A stretch of DNA of 64,000 nucleotides, from contig CATNEN010000001.1 in the NCBI GenBank assembly GCA_950097015.1, forward strand, positions 1,798,001 to 1,862,000, given 5' to 3'. Below the pieces are notes generated by a model. The model made no database searches. It worked only from the letters and a program-made list of their open reading frames with translations, and was not told where the DNA came from. Source of the stretch: Macrostomum hystrix (lineage: Eukaryota > Animalia > Platyhelminthes). The position numbers and the translations under genes are program-made. Shown here one piece after another: positions 58,504 to 64,000 of this stretch (positions are counted from its first letter, which is position 1; every line of letters begins with the position of its first letter).

Positions 58504-59110
58504 AGATATAGAGGACAGTCGTAAATGAGCAAAAACCGGAATAGTATAAAATAAAACAGAATCGATTATCGGTCTAAAGCAATCACACCTAATAAGTGGA
58601 TTCTTACAACATTTTCGTTTTTTAACCAGTATATTTCGGATAAACAGGAAAAAACAAAAAAATGTGCCAAATTGGCTAAACATGGAAAATGCTCGATTTG
58701 AAAATGACAAAACAAAGGAGCACACGAAGTGTGTGAATTGCATTGTTAAACGTAATACAAAACGGCCCAAATTAGGCACAAGCGTCAACGACAGAAAAAC
58801 AGAAAAGTGGAAGATTAAACAAAATTTAAAACAGATTTATTCAGATCAGACTTTTTCAGAATGAACATCTAAAGCCTGAAAAGGTCAGTTAGCACTTTAT
58901 TAAATGTAGCTTTCTATCTAATGGATTAAAAAACTAACAGATTAACAGTCGGAGACAGATGTACTGCCAAAGTCTATTAAAGTATAAAGACAAATCGTTT
59001 CACATTGCATTGAAATAAACTGGTCGTGGACGAAAAAAACATAACAAATTTTAATTTTAAACTCTCGCTTCTAAATTGTGAGTCGCTACTCAAGGCTCAG
59101 AATCTGGTTA

Positions 59111-62100
59111 TTAAACACCCTCGCCGGGTTTGCGCAGGCAGGTGGGTGTGCGCACACGGAAAGTGCGCAGAACCAGCGGTATGCTCAAATCGGCCGGATC
59201 ATTGCTTGAGTCCTCTTGAGCTAATAGCCTGGCGGCTTCTGTTGGATCGCACGGCAGGTCGCTAACTAACAAGATGACGTCTTCTGGATTGTGATCCATA
59301 CCGCTGGTGCTGCGTCCGTCTCCACCGCCGCCTCTGCCTCCGCCGGTGTAGGCGCCCAAGGTGCTGCCGCAGTCGCCAATGCAATCGTCTATGTCCATCA
59401 GGTCGATGTCGCGGTCGATTTTTTCAATACCATTGATGGCATGCGTGACTTGGCGCACCCCATCGTCTAGAAGACTGTCGGATGCCGACCCGGCATCGCT
59501 ACCTTGCCGGCGAGGCAAACTGCCAGATAGGCTAGGGTAGCTGCTGCCAACAATGCCGTAAACATTGATATCATCTTTGCCGAGGATACCAATGCTATCA
59601 TCGTCCATGAGGCAGCGATTCATCCAGTCGGCACCAATCCGATAATCAATTACTGAGCTGCGACTGCTTTGATCGGGTCCTAATCTACTGTTGTCCCCAA
59701 TAACTTTATTGCCGCTGCTAATAGAATGCGGCACCGCGAATTGTTCAACCTGACCACGAGAACAAGACAATGAGCGACTGTTGTTACTTAGACGACTGGT
59801 GTCAGCTGCGAAGGCATCTGAACTGAGATGAACTCTAGAAGAGGTTGCTGCACCGGCCGCCTGCTGGCGAGTGTTAATTAGGCGTGAACCGATTGAAGAA
59901 CCACGCGAGCTGCAGCCAACGGACTTTTGTACCTTGGCTGCATTGCCGCCTCTGCAGCTTTGGTGAGTTGAGACGCTAGTCTCATGAGCAGTCCAACTCG
60001 GAGCTTTTTTAACGCGATGCTGACGATCATCCGGATGCAAATTTTCTTGACGCGGCATTTCGTTTTCCCGATGCCTATCGTGACTCTCTGCGCGGGATGG
60101 CTCCTCGAGATTGTGACAGATTGTCGAAGAGTCGTGTCCACCACCGCTTGCATGACCCAGACAACCGCAAATTGTCGAGCTGCAGCCGTAGAGTAGGTCA
60201 CTAAGCTGAGGCGATCTATGCCGCTTTGCAGGCGGTGCAGCGGGTGATGGCGACGGAGGCTGGCGTTGTCTGGGCGGCGTCCGCAAACATGCAGGCGTCG
60301 GAGGAACTGGCATGCTCGGAGGTGTCAATGGAAGCAGAAGCTTCGAAGTTGGCGACAAATTAGCATGATCTGAAGGTGACGACGGATAAATATGATGCAA
60401 TGGCGTGGATGGAATTACTACTCTCAGAGGTTGTGTCAGTGATTTTGAAGGAAGCGCGTGCGATGAAGTCGCTTGTTGACGCTCAATTGACGATGTTGTT
60501 GAATGAGTTGACGTGCGAGGAGACACCCGCTGGGGGTCACGGGAAGAAGATAAGTGAACAGTCGTGTGCGTTACTGGCTGACGATCACCAGATGAATGAG
60601 CTGTAGCGTGTGGTGGCGCCAGCAAAGGCTCATGTGAAGATGACGAATGAGCTGACGCGTGCGACGACGCCTGCCGAGGGTCACGCGACGAAGGCAAGCG
60701 AATAGCCATGCGTGACACCGGCTGTGGTTCAGGCGACGAAGATGAAAGAGCGGTCGTATGTGACCTTGGCAGAGTGTGACTTGATAAATGAGCTGAAGTA
60801 CGCGACGAAACTTGCTGAAGCTCACGCGATGGTGAATGACTTGACGTACGCGACGAAACCTGCCGAAGCTCACGCAACGAAGGTAAATGAGCTGACGTAC
60901 GCGACGAAACTTGCTGAAGCTCACGCGATAATGAATGAGCTGACGTACGCGACGAAACCTGCTGACAATCAGGCGACGAAGATAAGGTACTCGCGAGAAA
61001 CCCGAGGGATGAATACGTATTAGCTGTCGAGAGAAAAGATGGCTGACGGTCACGAGATAAATGATTTGTCGCGAACGCTGACGGCTGACGAGACTCACAC
61101 GAAGAAGACGAACATTTTGTTGGTGACACCTGCTGATGCTCACGTGACGAATGAGCTGTCGTACGCAGCACCTGCTGAAGCCCATGAGACGAAAAATGAG
61201 CAGTTGAGCGCACCTCGGATTGAGATTCGCACGGCGCCTTCGTTCTCGGACTCGAGCATGAGCCGTTCGGAGTGCAACAAGCTTTTTCATTTGTTGATGA
61301 ATGTACGGAACAATGATCGACGCTGTAAGACTTCGATGGACTTCCAGCTCCGATCAAACACTGCATATCTTTCTTGTTAGCGAGCAGACGTTTGCAAGCT
61401 TTAACCATACGCGGATCAACATCATTTTCGCGAATGTAACCAACGTTTTCAAGCGATCGATATGCATATTCGACGGCGTGAACAACATCAGAGGACATGG
61501 CTGCATCCATGGCCTTATCGTTACTGTCATAATTCAACTCCTCATTATCGTCCCATTTGCCTTGTTTCCTTTTGGCAGACCGATCAATCTTTGATTCCAT
61601 TGCTAACTTCATCACCATCATGATCTCTTTTTTCTCTTCTGGATCCAGATTACAGCCTACTGGCGAGTTGTGTTGGTACGATGATTCGCGGTCTTCCGAA
61701 GCGGCTGGAGCTGTTTGCCTCGTTTCGCGGCCTTCCGAGACGCTGGGAGCAGCCTGCTGTTGCTTCAACAGTTGCTGTCGCCGTCGCTCTTGCTCAAGAG
61801 TTCGCTGATCTAAGGTCTCTTCTTCCTCCCTCAGTTGTTGAATCCGTCTGGCATTCTCCTCTTTCTTTTGAAGCAGAATCTGTTCTTGTTTCTCTAGCTC
61901 TTTCAATTTTTTCAGGTCGTTTTGCAATCGCAGCAAAAGCTTTTCCTCTTCGTGGCTTTTTAATACTAATCGTTTTTTACCGACGTTCTGCGTTAGCGTA
62001 CGTATCTCAGCATCTTGCGCCTGCTTGTGCGAATCCAACTGATTTACAAAGCGCGACCTGGTTAATAGGCTGTTAGATACTTCGGCAGCTTTCTTTGCCA

Positions 62101-62368
62101 GCTGATCAAGCGTCCTGAATTGCTCAACCTGCTCACTAGGATCGTTGCTATCATTCGCAACATCAGGCCGCAGGTGCTGCATCATCAGACAGTCCTCGCT
62201 TGGTGACGCATATCCCCGATGGCCCTGTTGACTTCTCTGCTGTTCAATAATTCTCTGGCGCAATGTTTCACTCTCTTGGCTTTGCAGGCCAATCAATTGG
62301 CGAATATCGCCCAGCTGGTTGAACAGCTGACTTGCTTCACCTTGCAGCTGATGATTCTGCTGCAACAA
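59111..62368 (-). CDS. Uncharacterised large protein: Gln/Glu coiled-coil N-terminus, Ser/Arg/His-rich internal repeats, largely disordered; true start uncertain
   Basis: 3.26-kb uninterrupted, mostly non-repetitive ORF in an otherwise AT-rich context; AATAAA on the minus strand at 58901-58896. The ORF-track start is not an ATG, so an upstream exon or an internal Met start is likely. Confidence 0.75.
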   Translation of the reverse strand: MLQQNHQLQGEASQLFNQLGDIRQLIGLQSQESETLRQRIIEQQRSQQGHRGYASPSEDCLMMQHLRPDVANDSNDPSEQVEQFRTLDQLAKKAAEVSNSLLTRSRFVNQLDSHKQAQDAEIRTLTQNVGKKRLVLKSHEEEKLLLRLQNDLKKLKELEKQEQILLQKKEENARRIQQLREEEETLDQRTLEQERRRQQLLKQQQAAPSVSEGRETRQTAPAASEDRESSYQHNSPVGCNLDPEEKKEIMMVMKLAMESKIDRSAKRKQGKWDDNEELNYDSNDKAMDAAMSSDVVHAVEYAYRSLENVGYIRENDVDPRMVKACKRLLANKKDMQCLIGAGSPSKSYSVDHCSVHSSTNEKACCTPNGSCSSPRTKAPCESQSEVRSTAHFSSHGLQQVLRTTAHSSREHQQVSPTKCSSSSCESRQPSAFATNHLSRDRQPSFLSTANTYSSLGFLASTLSSSPDCQQVSSRTSAHSLSRELQQVSSRTSAHLPSLRELRQVSSRTSSHSPSRELQQVSSRTSAHLSSHTLPRSHTTALSSSSPEPQPVSRMAIRLPSSRDPRQASSHASAHSSSSHEPLLAPPHATAHSSGDRQPVTHTTVHLSSSRDPQRVSPRTSTHSTTSSIERQQATSSHALPSKSLTQPLRVVIPSTPLHHIYPSSPSDHANLSPTSKLLLPLTPPSMPVPPTPACLRTPPRQRQPPSPSPAAPPAKRHRSPQLSDLLYGCSSTICGCLGHASGGGHDSSTICHNLEEPSRAESHDRHRENEMPRQENLHPDDRQHRVKKAPSWTAHETSVSTHQSCRGGNAAKVQKSVGCSSRGSSIGSRLINTRQQAAGAATSSRVHLSSDAFAADTSRLSNNSRSLSCSRGQVEQFAVPHSISSGNKVIGDNSRLGPDQSSRSSVIDYRIGADWMNRCLMDDDSIGILGKDDINVYGIVGSSYPSLSGSLPRRQGSDAGSASDSLLDDGVRQVTHAINGIEKIDRDIDLMDIDDCIGDCGSTLGAYTGGGRGGGGDGRSTSGMDHNPEDVILLVSDLPCDPTEAARLLAQEDSSNDPADLSIPLVLRTFRVRTPTCLRKPGEGV

Positions 62369-64000
62369 TTTTTTTCGAATTGCAAATGCGGCAATTTTTG
62401 GGAGACTCGTATGAAGCTCATTTATAAGTTAAAACAAAATAGCCATGGGTGTACAAAAAATATTTATAATAATCCATAAATTAGTCAAGTGGATAACAAA
62501 TTTATAATAAATGAGTGAAAACGTTACCCTTCAACTACAGACGACTGAAGTTGATCTCCAGAGCGGTGATAGAATTTCAATGATTGATTAAAAAAACTTC
62601 CAATATAAAATTTGAACTGAAGACACACTCAGGTTTATCATGTATGCAAGCGAACAAAACAGTATAAAACTGGCTCATGGAGAAGAAATTGTGTTCGCCG
62701 AAGCAAAGCCTAAATATCATTGGAGATTAGAACAGCACTAAGCGGGGATGCATGAACAGAATAGAGGGAACGCTAGAGTTAATCGGGGTTGGTCTTAAGT
62801 CGCGACAGCCAATAGAAGGGATTCTACAGTGTTAGGTCTAAAACCAAACATAAATTTCGATTCCAAGCGCACCAACTGGCCCAACGCAACCTAATTATTG
62901 ATCCATGACTGTCAGATGCAGCGATAAAACTTAAAACGATATCTTAAAATGTCTAAGATCTACAAATTGAGGGGTGCGAAGTGGGTTGAAGTGCATCAAT
63001 CAATTGATTCCTGACATGATTAGAGTAACTGCAGTTTGCAGATAGGATAAGTATGGAAGTTAGGCAAGGTTGTAGGGTAGGCCTTTACATGAATATAACT
63101 ATAACAGAACCTCTGTTTAATGTTAAGGAATAAACCTTGGTAGTAGAGACTGAGGCTTGAGCATGACAAACATAGCTAGCTAGAGGGAAGAAGTGTACAG
63201 CTAAACTGATGCCAGACTCGACTTTCTCTAACAGAGAATCATGCTTTAAGAGCCTAGCTAGAGCAAACACCAGCTTAGCAATCAATGATCGGAACTGGGA
63301 GATTGACTGTCAAGAAACATAAATGCTAAGGGCGGATAGGCTCAGTTTAGAAGGATTACAAACTTTATAGTGTACATGTCTTAGAAGCTTTCACTAGCAA
63401 AATAAAATACAGCAGTAGCAGATAAGCTGGTAGAACTCAAAGAAACTATTGTGACTACTAATAAGTAGGCATAAAAGCAATATCATAAAATTTCATTTTG
63501 TACCTTCAATTATGAGAGTGACAATAGCCACTCTGAATATAGCAGGTGTAATCTGGCTAATTTAACTTTACTATGCCCAACTAATCGAATTCTATATTTT
63601 TCTGGGTTTGTTAGTCTTTATAAGCATAACAATTCTATATTTCCTAGAATAGATTAAAGTTTTCATAGTACAATTTTCAAGGATAGAGTAATCCCCAAAA
63701 AGGGTTCTTTCTAGAACAAAATGGTAAAATATTCATTTCTTGCTCATTTTAATACTAGAATTTCATAAAAATATTTTTTACCAGGTTTAATTGAAGTTTA
63801 CACATTAGGAAAGAACTGAAGATCTGTTCTTTCTTTCATACCAGTCCAGTACAGTCCACCACAGTGTTCCAGCAGCCTGCAGCAATACTGCTGGAGTTGC
63901 ATCAGCTTAAGCTTGCTAGCTTCAACAAAATGATGCTTTTCAAATTGACTTCTGCCCAAAGCACACTGTATATGCCTAACCCTAGACATAAACAAATTGC

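Noticed and set aside
59878-62479. Numerous short ORFs overlapping the 1085-aa ORF
   Set aside because: Antisense or alternate-frame shadows with no independent features.
63783-63995. Possible exon or ORF at the right edge
   Set aside because: Short, with no recognisable homology or consistent splice structure; cannot be supported.

Overview
Eukaryotic (metazoan) genomic DNA: short GC-rich exons sit in AT-rich introns packed with about 35 different simple-repeat and minisatellite arrays. That architecture resembles a Macrostomum-type flatworm genome, but the taxon is an inference only. Most long ORFs in the six-frame track are translations of these repeats. Hand-built gene models, with splice phases checked: the 5' part of CFAP70/TTC18 (- strand, runs off the left edge); a 4-exon, probably GPI-anchored folate-receptor-family gene (+); an intact replication-dependent histone H2B (-) with its 3' stem-loop, next to what look like decayed H2A, H3 and H4 remnants; a 5-exon two-Ig Dpr/ZIG-8-like gene (-) with a GC-AG intron; a 7-exon ELAV/Hu-family gene (-) that appears to lack RRM3; a 182-bp hAT-type MITE; and an unidentified ~1085-codon Gln/Ser-rich ORF (-). 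The most unusual signals are long inverted minisatellite repeats bracketing ELAV exons 2-4, the two-RRM ELAV with a 16-nt microexon, the fossil histone cluster, and intronic arrays that hug or mimic splice sites. No CRISPR array, rRNA or convincing tRNA was found.
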